Source: Candidatus Kapaibacterium sp.
GTDB taxonomy: Bacteria; Bacteroidota; Ignavibacteria; Kapaibacteriales; UBA2268
Assembly (NCBI GenBank): GCA_026390675.1
Contig: JAPLFM010000220.1
Coordinates: forward strand, 8,527 to 56,029
Reading direction: 5' to 3'
Length of the DNA: 47,503 bases
Shown here: one piece after another, positions 27,078 to 35,924 of the stretch
Layout: every line of letters begins with the position of its first letter
Position numbering within the stretch: position 1 is the first letter of the stretch
Made by a program: the position numbers and the translations under genes
Notes under the pieces: model-generated
Told to the model about the DNA's origin: nothing
Databases searched by the model: none
What the model saw: only the letters and a program-made list of their open reading frames with translations

Positions 27078-29667
27078 TTGAAGCAAGTTTTATCAAAGAT
27101 AGAATCTGAAAGCATTATTAATATAAGCTCAGAAATTTCAAAAGTACTTAATATTAGTGATTTACTAGAACTATTGATTAAAGTCATAAACCCAATTATA
27201 TTAGCATAATAAATTTAGAGCCTTATTCTATTTTAAATTTTTCTCATAAAAATTATAAAAATGAAGCAATTAATATTGTTTCAAGTATATCATTTCCCGT
27301 AACTAATTCAATTCTTGAATTAGCTTTTCAGAGTAGATTCCCATTAAATTTAAAGTACAAAGATATACTTAAAAAAAGTGAATTTTATTGGGAAATTAGT
27401 ATTTTAAATTTCAAAGGTATTAAAGAAATTCTATCCATTCAACTTCAATGTGATAATAGAAACATTGGGGTAATAACATTTGTTTCAAAAGTTGAAAATG
27501 TACTTTCTAATTTAAGTAAAGAATTCCTATTAAATTTAAGTAGTATTTGTGTACTTCCAATTTATAATTTAATAATTAAAAATGAAAGTAATCAAAGAGA
27601 AAACGATAAAAATTCCCTTTTGGAATTTAGTTCAATTATTTCAAATATTAGAAATATTGAAGAATTATTTAGTTTAATAAACGATAAAATAAAACCACTA
27701 TTTGGATTCAATGAGTTTTTTAGTTTTTTTATTTATGTTAAAACTAATAATATGTTTAATGTTAGATCTAATCCATCAATTAAAAATCCTAATAATTATC
27801 TAAAAAGTGAAATTAAAGTAGAGGGTATTTTTAGTGATTTTTCAAAATGGGATGATGCTTTTATTTTAGAAGATTCTTGGAAGTATTCAGATAAAACAAA
27901 TAATTTAGATGAAATGCTTAGTGAAATGTGGGATACATTTGGTTTTAGATATTCAATTTCATACTTATTAAATAATTTTGATGAAGTTTTAGGAATTTTT
28001 AATGTAAATTATAACGAACCTGTGAATTTGAGTATTAGAGAAAAGATATTATTCAAAGCAATATCAGAACAACTTGGCTCAGCTTTATCAAACATATTAG
28101 CTATTGAAAATTTGGAACAAAAAGAAAAAGAGAAAGAATTATTACTTTCAATAAGTGAAAAGCTTGTAAATATAAGAAACTTTGAAGAATTGTTTGAATT
28201 TTTAAAAATAAATTTGGTTAAATATTTTGGATTGAACAAAATAATAAATATATGCCTTTTTGATGATGACTTAGTTTATTATAAAAAAACTTTTAGCTCT
28301 ATTAAATTAAATATTTCAAATGAAAGTAATAATGTACTAATTGAATCTAATGAAATATATAAATTCTTACTCTTATCATCTAAACCTATAGTTTTTGGAA
28401 TAGAAGATTTTAAATACAAGTTATCAAACAATTTAGTTGAACTTGAAGAGATATTAAGTTACGATACAAAATATTATATTGGCAATACTTTAAAAGTTGG
28501 TAATAAAAAACTTGGAATTATTGAAATTTTAATAAAAGATGAATACGTTGATATTAAATTATTTAAATTGTTTCAGTCGATTTCAGAACAAATTGCGGTT
28601 TCAATAGCACATATCTTAGCAAATGATGCAATGATTCAAATAAACAATTTGCTAATAAACCAAAATAGCTATTTACTTGAAGAAGTAGATCAGAACTATA
28701 ATTTTGAAGAATTAATTGGTGAAAGCCAATCAGCTAGAAAAATTTATCAACAAATAAACCAAGTAGCCAAGAATGATACATCGGTTTTGATACTAGGTGA
28801 AACTGGCACTGGAAAAGAACTTGTTGCTAGAGCAATACCAGCTATATTCATAAAAATTCCACCCGCGCAGATAAACCATTCGTAGCGATTAACTGTGCTT
28901 CTCTTCCAGATCAACTTATTGAAAGTGAACTATTCGGACATGAAAAAGGAGCTTTTACTGGAGCTTTTGAAAAAAGAATTGGTAAATTTGAAATAGCTAA
29001 TGGAAGTAGTATTTTACTCGATGAAATTGGTGAACTTAGTTTAGAAGTACAAGCTAAACTCTTAAGAGTACTTCAAGAAAGAGAATTAGAAAGAATAGGA
29101 AGTAATAGAACAATTAAAATAGACATAAGAATTATTGCTTCTACAAATAGAAACTTATTAGATGATGTCAAAAATGGTAAATTTAGAAGTGATTTATATT
29201 ATAGATTAAATATTTTCCCTATTATTTTACCCCCATTAAGAGAGAGGAAAGACGATCTACCTAGCTTAACAAAACATTTTATTCAAAAATTTAATTTTAA
29301 ACTTGGGAAAAAAGTAATTGGAGTTTCTACAGAGGTTGCTAAAGAAATCTTAGATTACAATTGGCCTGGTAATATTAGGGAATTGGAACATACAATTGAA
29401 CGTGCTGTAATTCTATGTTCTACAAATTTCATTACGGACTTAGGATTTAATGTGATTTCATCACAAAAACAAACAAACAAGTCCACTAAATTTATAATCA
29501 AGCCATTGAATGATCATGAGCGTGAATATATTTTAAAAGTATTAAAAGAATGTGGTGGCAAGGTAAAAGGAAGTAATGGAGCAGCTGCTCTTTTAGGACT
29601 TCCACCAACCACTTTAACTTCTAAAATGCAAAAATTAGGAATAAAGAAGGGACATATTCAAGGATAA
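27078..29667 (+). pseudogene. Sigma-54-dependent enhancer-binding protein (GAF-type N-terminal sensor region, AAA+ domain, Fis-type HTH) disrupted by at least two frameshifts
   Basis: The reading frames 27072-27209, 27182-28885 and 28831-29667 overlap one after another. The Walker A motif [14 protein letters not shown] is in the second frame. The third frame carries [30 protein letters not shown] (GAFTGA loop), LLDEIGEL (Walker B), [10 protein letters not shown], and the C-terminal [24 protein letters not shown]. Confidence 0.85.
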
Positions 29668-29703
29668 AAATTTTTGTTTATTTTCAAATTAATATCTTAG
29701 ATC

Positions 29704-30786
29704 TCAAACACTTTCAAGCAATGAAATAACTTCTTTGAAGTCATTAGGCAAATCACATTCAATAGCTACTCTTTCATTACTAACAGGATGAATAAAGCTA
29801 AGTTTTCTTGCATGTAGCATCTGTCTGGTAGCTATTTTCAGAACATCGAAAGCTAATTTTTTAAGTTGAGGGATGCTACCACTATATAGGGTTTTATCAC
29901 CACCATAAGTAGTATCACCTAATACTGGATGTTTTTTTGAACTCAGATGTACTCTTATTTGATGAGTTCTTCCAGTGCGAAGTTTTAGTTTTAAAAGAGT
30001 TGCAAAGTCAAATCTATTTATTACCCAAAAATCAGTAACAGCATGTTTACCACCTTTTTTGACTATAGCAAATTTTTTTCTATCCATCGAAGAACGACCA
30101 ATATCCCCAATTATAGTTCCGCTTTCTTCTTTTAACTTACCCCATGCAATAGCATTGTATTCTCTTGAAATTGTTCTATCATTAAATTGCTTTTGCAATT
30201 TAGCGTGCATTTCAGGACTTTTAGCAATGATTAGCAAGCCAGAAGTATCTTTATCCAATCTATGAACAATACCAGGTCTTACCTCAGCACTTGCGTATAT
30301 AACACCCTCGTTTGGTTCTTCATCCTCGTCATCATAATCAATTTTAATTGCATCTCTCATTCCCATGTAATATATTAGTGCATTTACTAAAGTACCATAT
30401 CTATTGCCAACACCTGGATGAGTAACCATACCAGCAGGTTTATTGACAACCAAAAGATATTCATCTTCATAGCATATTTCAAGAGGAATATTTTGTGGAA
30501 TAAGTTCAATTGGAGGTGATTTCAAAATATGGCAAACTATCAAATCATTTGGTTTGATTTTTCTACTAGCTTTAGTTTCTATTTTACCATTTATATAAAG
30601 CCTATTTTCATCAATAGCTTTTTGAACTTTAGAGCGAGTGGCATTTTGAATTGACCTTGTTAAAAAACTATCTATTCTTTCAGATGCTTGACCTGAAGAA
30701 ATTTTAAATTCAAGAATTTTCTCTACTAAATCGGGATGATAATCTAATTCAGATTCAATTGGTACTATTAGTTTATGGTGTTTCAT
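29704..30786 (-). CDS. rluD: 23S rRNA pseudouridine synthase, RluD family
   Basis: It has an N-terminal S4 domain (RIDSFLTRS...), the catalytic block HRLDKDTSGLL, and GRTHQIRVH. Confidence 0.9.
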   Translation of the reverse strand: MKHHKLIVPIESELDYHPDLVEKILEFKISSGQASERIDSFLTRSIQNATRSKVQKAIDENRLYINGKIETKASRKIKPNDLIVCHILKSPPIELIPQNIPLEICYEDEYLLVVNKPAGMVTHPGVGNRYGTLVNALIYYMGMRDAIKIDYDDEDEEPNEGVIYASAEVRPGIVHRLDKDTSGLLIIAKSPEMHAKLQKQFNDRTISREYNAIAWGKLKEESGTIIGDIGRSSMDRKKFAIVKKGGKHAVTDFWVINRFDFATLLKLKLRTGRTHQIRVHLSSKKHPVLGDTTYGGDKTLYSGSIPQLKKLAFDVLKIATRQMLHARKLSFIHPVSNERVAIECDLPNDFKEVISLLESV

Positions 30787-31444
30787 TTATTTTTTCAGTT
30801 GTTAAATCATCAGAAAGTAAGCTTTCTGATTTTTCTACTTCAGTTTCACCATTAATTTGTTTTTTCATAAATACATCAGAAAATTCTGGTAAGTATTTAT
30901 TAAAAATTAATATCAAACAAACACCAATTGTAACACAAGAGTCGGCAACATTAAATACAGGGAAATGAGTGTAGTAAGCACCAAAGAACTTTATATCAGG
31001 TATATCAACTTGAATAAAATCAACTACTTTACCATAAAACAATGGTCCATCTTTGAAAATCACTCCATAAAATACTCTATCAATCAAATTCCCAGTTGCA
31101 CCTGCAAAAATAAACATAAATGCAATTCTAATTGGTTTTGAAAACCCATTCAATTTAACAAGTAAGTAAACCAAACCAATTGCAGCAATAACAGAGAACA
31201 AACTCAAGAATATTTTCCCAGCACCAAACTCTATCCCAAAAGCCATTCCAGGATTTTCGATATATGTAATTCGAATCATCTCTTTATAAAATGGAATGCT
31301 TTCTCCATAAAACATACCAAAATGTTCGATTCCAAAGAAGTTAAATCCTTTGATATAAAGCTTACTTGCCTGATCTAATAGAATTAGCAAAAATGCAAAA
31401 GGGATTACAAAGCGATTGAAGTTATCTTTTATTCTTTTGTTCAT
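30773..31444 (-). CDS. lspA: Lipoprotein signal peptidase II with a ~45-aa C-terminal tail
   Basis: It has four TM helices, NxGxAFG (NPGMAFG) and FNVADSCVTIG. Its 3' end overlaps the rluD start by 14 nt. Confidence 0.85.
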   Translation of the reverse strand: MNKRIKDNFNRFVIPFAFLLILLDQASKLYIKGFNFFGIEHFGMFYGESIPFYKEMIRITYIENPGMAFGIEFGAGKIFLSLFSVIAAIGLVYLLVKLNGFSKPIRIAFMFIFAGATGNLIDRVFYGVIFKDGPLFYGKVVDFIQVDIPDIKFFGAYYTHFPVFNVADSCVTIGVCLILIFNKYLPEFSDVFMKKQINGETEVEKSESLLSDDLTTEKINETP

Positions 31445-31519
31445 TTTAGGTTAATAAAAAAAGCTGATTAATGAAATGCTATGCAAATCAAAAAACAGCT
31501 TTTAATTTGGAAATACTAA

Positions 31520-32008
31520 TTAAGATAAAGCTGCACTACCACGAGCTTCAATTTTGTCAATACCATCATCAGGACATTTCTGATGAATTTTATAAGCAGC
31601 AGATAATGTAGTTACTGGAACAGCCATTAACCTTTCTTTTGCAATCAAGCATCCACAAACCCTACAGATACCATAAGTTTTGTCTTTGATTCTATGTAAA
31701 GCTTCTTCAAGCTTTTTCAAATACTCGTGAATTCTTTGAATTTGAGCATAAGTTTTTTCTTTCTCAGCAGCTTCAGAGCCTTGCTCTGCCATGTGCATAG
31801 AGTAAATCATACTTTCTTCTGCCGCATCAAAATTTGTCAAATCTTCAAGTCTTTCTTTAAGCATTTGAAGTTCTTCAACAGATTCTTTTTTAGAATCTAT
31901 AATAAATTGTTTGAAAAAATCTAAGTCTTCATCAGAAAATCTTACATTTGGCATTGTAACTGTTTCAACAGCTACTTCTTCAACTACTTCTACTTTTGTC
32001 TTTTTCAT
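31520..32008 (-). CDS. DksA/TraR-family protein with a degenerate zinc finger
   Basis: It has an acidic coiled-coil region followed by YGICRVCGCLIAKERLMAVPVTTLSAAYK. The first CxxC pair is present, but the second is replaced by S...Y. The gene lies between ileS and lspA. Confidence 0.75.
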   Translation of the reverse strand: MKKTKVEVVEEVAVETVTMPNVRFSDEDLDFFKQFIIDSKKESVEELQMLKERLEDLTNFDAAEESMIYSMHMAEQGSEAAEKEKTYAQIQRIHEYLKKLEEALHRIKDKTYGICRVCGCLIAKERLMAVPVTTLSAAYKIHQKCPDDGIDKIEARGSAALS

Positions 32009-32103
32009 ATTCTAATCAAAATTTTAAATTCATTTATTTGTTTGTTGCAATAATAGAAACTAAATACTTATTAATCTAAAAATTATTTTACACATTTCAA
32101 AAT

Positions 32104-35100
32104 TTAATTAACTTTTTCAATATTTAACCAAACTTCCGTCTCAAAAATCTCTAATTTGTTTGAATTTGTTTCATTTGTGATTAATTTAATATCAATTGCT
32201 AAAGTTTCACTTTTAACATATTCTGCTTTTGCATTAATTGCTTTGGTTATTTCTTCATTTGCTTTAAAAGCAATACTTATTCTATCTGTTACTTCATATC
32301 CACTATCTTTTCTTAGATTTTGAACTCTATTAACAAATTCCCTTGCAGTACCTTCCATCAATAACTCAGGAGTAATATGAGTATCTAAAGCAACAGTTAC
32401 CCCGCCATCAGTTGCTACAAGCCATCCTTCAATATCTTCGCTTGTAATTTCAATATCATCAATTGAAATCGATACAAGCTCATTTTCAATATTAGCTTCA
32501 ATTAAGTTCCCTTTTTCAAGCTTGACGATCATGTCATTATTAAATGTCTTTATATAATCAGCAACTTTGTTTGTAATTTTACCGAACTTCTTACCTATTA
32601 CTTTAAAGTTCCCTTTTGCAGATCGTCTTACTATTTCTGAAGTATCTTCTGAAACAAACTCAATTACTTTTATATTTAATTCTTCCTTTATTACATCTTC
32701 CAAAGATTGAATATCACGTCTTTCTTGTGGGTTCATTACAGGTACTAGGATTCTTTGAAGTGGCTGTCTTGTGCGAATCTTAGATTTTTCTCTCAATGAT
32801 CTTGCAAGAATTACTATCTTTTCAGCCAAAGCCATTTTAGTCTCTAAAGATAAATCAATAACATTTTCGTTAGCTATCGGGAAATCAAGTAAATGAATAG
32901 AAACTGGAGCACCTTCAAGTTTTAGTCTTTGATATAAAAAGTCAGATATAAATGGTGAAGTTGAAGCAATCAAAGAACATAAGCTAAGAAGCACGCTATG
33001 CAAAGTTTGATATGCAGCGATTTTATCTGTATCTTTTTCTCCTTTCCAAAATCTTCTTCTATTCCTACGGATATACCAATTTGACAAATCATCTATTACA
33101 AAGTTTTGAATTTCTCTTTGTGCCTTGGTTAATTCATAATCATCCATTAGATTAATATAATCTTTGATTAAAGAATTACATCTTGAAATTATCCATCTAT
33201 CTATCTCAGGTCTATTCTCAACAGGAACCAATTCATCGCTTCCATCAAATCCATCAATATTTGAATATAATGAAAAGAATGAATATGTATTTGTAAGTGA
33301 ACGGAAGAAATCAGATATAACTGTTTTCAAGATATCACTTTCATCAAATTTAGTAGTTTTCCAAGGTGGATTATTTATAAACAAATACCATCTAACTGCA
33401 TCAGCACCAAGACGGTTCATAATGTCAAAAGGGTCAACCGAATTACCTAATCTTTTAGACATTTTAACACCATTTTTATCTAATATAAGTTCATTCACAA
33501 CTATATTTTTATATGCTGGCTTATTGAAAAGAGCAGTTGATATATTGTGAAGAGTGTAGAACCAAACACGAGTTTGGTCAATTCCTTCAGCAATGAAATC
33601 AGCAGGGAATGATTTGTCAAATATATCTTTGTTTTCAAATGGATAATGAAATTGTGCAAATGGCATAGCACCAGAATCAAACCAAGCATCAATTACTTCG
33701 TGTACTCTTCGATATGTTTTACCATTTTTTTCAAATATTACATTATCTACAAATGGTCTATGCAAATCAATTTCTTTACCACATTCATTAACTGGTACTT
33801 TAGTACCATCTGGATTGACATACAAACCAGTTCTAAGCTCTGCAATAGAACCAACAGCAAAAATATCAGTCTTGTCGTCTTCAGCTACCCATAATGGAAG
33901 TGGAGTTCCCCAAAACCTATCTCTCGAAAGCGACCACTCTTTTACTTCTTCAAGCCAATTGCCAAATCTTCCAGATCCGATTTCTTTAGGTTGCCAATTA
34001 ATATCTTTATTGATACTAATCATTTGTTCTTTATATTCTGGAGATTTGATAAACCAAGATTCACGAGCATAATACATTAATGGGTTGCCAGTTCTCCAGC
34101 AATGTGGGTAACTATGCACATAATCATTTGTATTACGATAAATTTTGTCACTATGTTTAAGTGCTATTATCACATCTTTGTCCACACCTTCTTCGGTATG
34201 ATCTTCATAAGTAAAGTTCTTAATTGCTCTACCTGCAAATGGACCTAATATTTCAGTTAAGTGACCATTGGGTGAAACTGGTTGCAAAAATGGGAGTTTG
34301 TGAGTTTTAGACATTCTGTAATCATCTTCACCAAATGCTGGTGCAAGGTGAACAATTCCAGATCCATCGGAAGTAGAAACAAAATCGCCAGCAAGAACTG
34401 TTAAAGCATTTGGAAATTCTACTTTATCAATAAAGCAATAATCAAACATTTGTTCGTATTCGGTACCAACAAGTTCTTTACCCACAAATTCTTCAATTAT
34501 TTCATAAGTGCCATCAAGCACTGACAATCTTGCTTTTGCTAAAATCAAACGATTACTTAGCTCTTCTTCTTTTGTTTTTCTTTTGTTTTCAACTAATACA
34601 TATTCTATTTCTTCGCCACAAGCAAGTGCCACGTTGGAAAATAAAGTCCAAGGAGTAGTAGTCCAAACTAATATTTCAGCTCCATGAAAAGAAGCTTTTT
34701 TTGAATTAGTAACTTTAAGTTTCAAGTAGCAATTTGGATCTCTAACATCTTTATAGCCTTGTGAAACTTCGTGGCTACTAAGAGGAGTTTCGATAGTAGG
34801 AGATTGTGGAACTACTTTAAATCCTCTATAAATCAATCCCTTATCAAAAAATTCTTTTAATGCCCACCAAACCGATTCAACATAATCATTGGTACATGTG
34901 ATATATGCTGTATCCATATCCACCCAATAACCCATTCTACGAGTTAGAGTTCGCCAACCATCATCCATTTCAATATTTCTATACACAAATTCTTTGCAAG
35001 CAGCATTAAATTCTTCTATTCCAAAATCTATAATATGAGATTTGTCTTTTATGCCAAGTTCTTTTTCTACTTGAATTTCTACTGGCAACCCATGTGTATC

Positions 35101-35355
35101 CCAGCCAGCTTGTCTGCGTACATAGTAACCACGAAGTGATTTGTATCTACAAATTGTATCTTTGATAGTACGAGCCATCATGTGATGAATACCCGGCTTA
35201 CCGTTGACAGTGGGAGGTCCTTCGTAAAAAGTGAAGTAAGGAGCATTTTCTCTTTGTTCTAAAGATTTCTCAAAAACGTTATTTTCTTCCCACAATTTTA
35301 GTATTTCTTCTTCTAAATTAGGGTAAGATAATTTCTCTGGTAACTGCTTAAACAT
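32104..35355 (-). CDS. ileS: Isoleucine--tRNA ligase (long, type-2-like form)
   Basis: It has a HIGH-type motif (PGIHHMMART), KMSKS (VKMSKRLGN), a CP1 editing region and WFDSGAMPF. The 1083-aa ORF is uninterrupted. Confidence 0.97.
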   Translation of the reverse strand: MFKQLPEKLSYPNLEEEILKLWEENNVFEKSLEQRENAPYFTFYEGPPTVNGKPGIHHMMARTIKDTICRYKSLRGYYVRRQAGWDTHGLPVEIQVEKELGIKDKSHIIDFGIEEFNAACKEFVYRNIEMDDGWRTLTRRMGYWVDMDTAYITCTNDYVESVWWALKEFFDKGLIYRGFKVVPQSPTIETPLSSHEVSQGYKDVRDPNCYLKLKVTNSKKASFHGAEILVWTTTPWTLFSNVALACGEEIEYVLVENKRKTKEEELSNRLILAKARLSVLDGTYEIIEEFVGKELVGTEYEQMFDYCFIDKVEFPNALTVLAGDFVSTSDGSGIVHLAPAFGEDDYRMSKTHKLPFLQPVSPNGHLTEILGPFAGRAIKNFTYEDHTEEGVDKDVIIALKHSDKIYRNTNDYVHSYPHCWRTGNPLMYYARESWFIKSPEYKEQMISINKDINWQPKEIGSGRFGNWLEEVKEWSLSRDRFWGTPLPLWVAEDDKTDIFAVGSIAELRTGLYVNPDGTKVPVNECGKEIDLHRPFVDNVIFEKNGKTYRRVHEVIDAWFDSGAMPFAQFHYPFENKDIFDKSFPADFIAEGIDQTRVWFYTLHNISTALFNKPAYKNIVVNELILDKNGVKMSKRLGNSVDPFDIMNRLGADAVRWYLFINNPPWKTTKFDESDILKTVISDFFRSLTNTYSFFSLYSNIDGFDGSDELVPVENRPEIDRWIISRCNSLIKDYINLMDDYELTKAQREIQNFVIDDLSNWYIRRNRRRFWKGEKDTDKIAAYQTLHSVLLSLCSLIASTSPFISDFLYQRLKLEGAPVSIHLLDFPIANENVIDLSLETKMALAEKIVILARSLREKSKIRTRQPLQRILVPVMNPQERRDIQSLEDVIKEELNIKVIEFVSEDTSEIVRRSAKGNFKVIGKKFGKITNKVADYIKTFNNDMIVKLEKGNLIEANIENELVSISIDDIEITSEDIEGWLVATDGGVTVALDTHITPELLMEGTAREFVNRVQNLRKDSGYEVTDRISIAFKANEEITKAINAKAEYVKSETLAIDIKLITNETNSNKLEIFETEVWLNIEKVN

Positions 35356-35395
35356 TGTAATATATTATTATTTTAATTGAAAATAGTATAACTTA

Positions 35396-35403
35396 CAAAA
35401 TTA
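35396..35403 (-). promoter_or_regulatory. Candidate -7 box (TAATTTTG) for ileS
   Basis: The minus strand reads TAATTTTG about 41 nt upstream of the ileS ATG at 35355. Confidence 0.3.
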
Positions 35404-35684
35404 ATATATTTTAAGCAAATAACCATATTAAACTTGATATTTGCTTGTAATATACTTTTTACAAAGCAAGATTTGGTTTAGTAGGAGTTAAGTTTGCTTA
35501 ACCCCTACTATTATATAAATTAGATAAAGTTTCAAATAAAAACAGTTCCAGCTTGGCTCAAACAAATCAAAATACAGTTAAATTAATTTAGGCCAACTAA
35601 AAAACCAAAAAAACACTAAATCACTGCAAAAATTGAAATGAAAGAGTTTGAGTAACTTATTGAAAAATATAATGTTAAGCTGAG

Positions 35685-35708
35685 TTTGATAAAAATATTT
35701 TTATCAAA
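35685..35708. promoter_or_regulatory. Perfect 24-bp palindrome TTTGATAAAAATATTTTTATCAAA
   Basis: I verified self-complementarity base by base. It lies in the ileS / BNR-protein divergent intergenic region. Its function is unknown; it may be an operator. Confidence 0.3.
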
Positions 35709-35741
35709 AAAATCGTTTCTAAATTTGACTAAAAACGAACT

Positions 35742-35781
35742 TTGGAAAACTTATTTGGAAAATTTTTCCAAATTTTTCCAA
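35742..35781. promoter_or_regulatory. Array of four TTGGAAAA / TTTTCCAA half-sites, including a perfect 21-bp palindrome at 35753-35773
   Basis: TTGGAAAA occurs at 35742 and 35755, and TTTTCCAA at 35764 and 35774. AATTTTTCCA is an exact tandem 10-mer at 35761-35780. The array lies 145-185 nt upstream of the ATG at 35925. Confidence 0.3.
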
Positions 35782-35924
35782 AAACCAGTTGTTTTTGTTG
35801 TTCAATTTACTAATTAAATTAATTTTTTTACATTTAATTCTAATATTTTTGTAACATTTTTTGTTTTTTGATGTTATTAATAAATTCTAGGAATGTTTTT
35901 AATTAATTTATCTTCAGAGCTGTT

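Noticed and set aside
29383-29667. A 94-aa ORF considered as a stand-alone Fis-type HTH protein.
   Set aside because: The frame is open upstream to 28831 and is continuous with AAA+ motifs (GAFTGA, Walker [11 protein letters not shown]). It is the tail of the disrupted sigma-54 activator.
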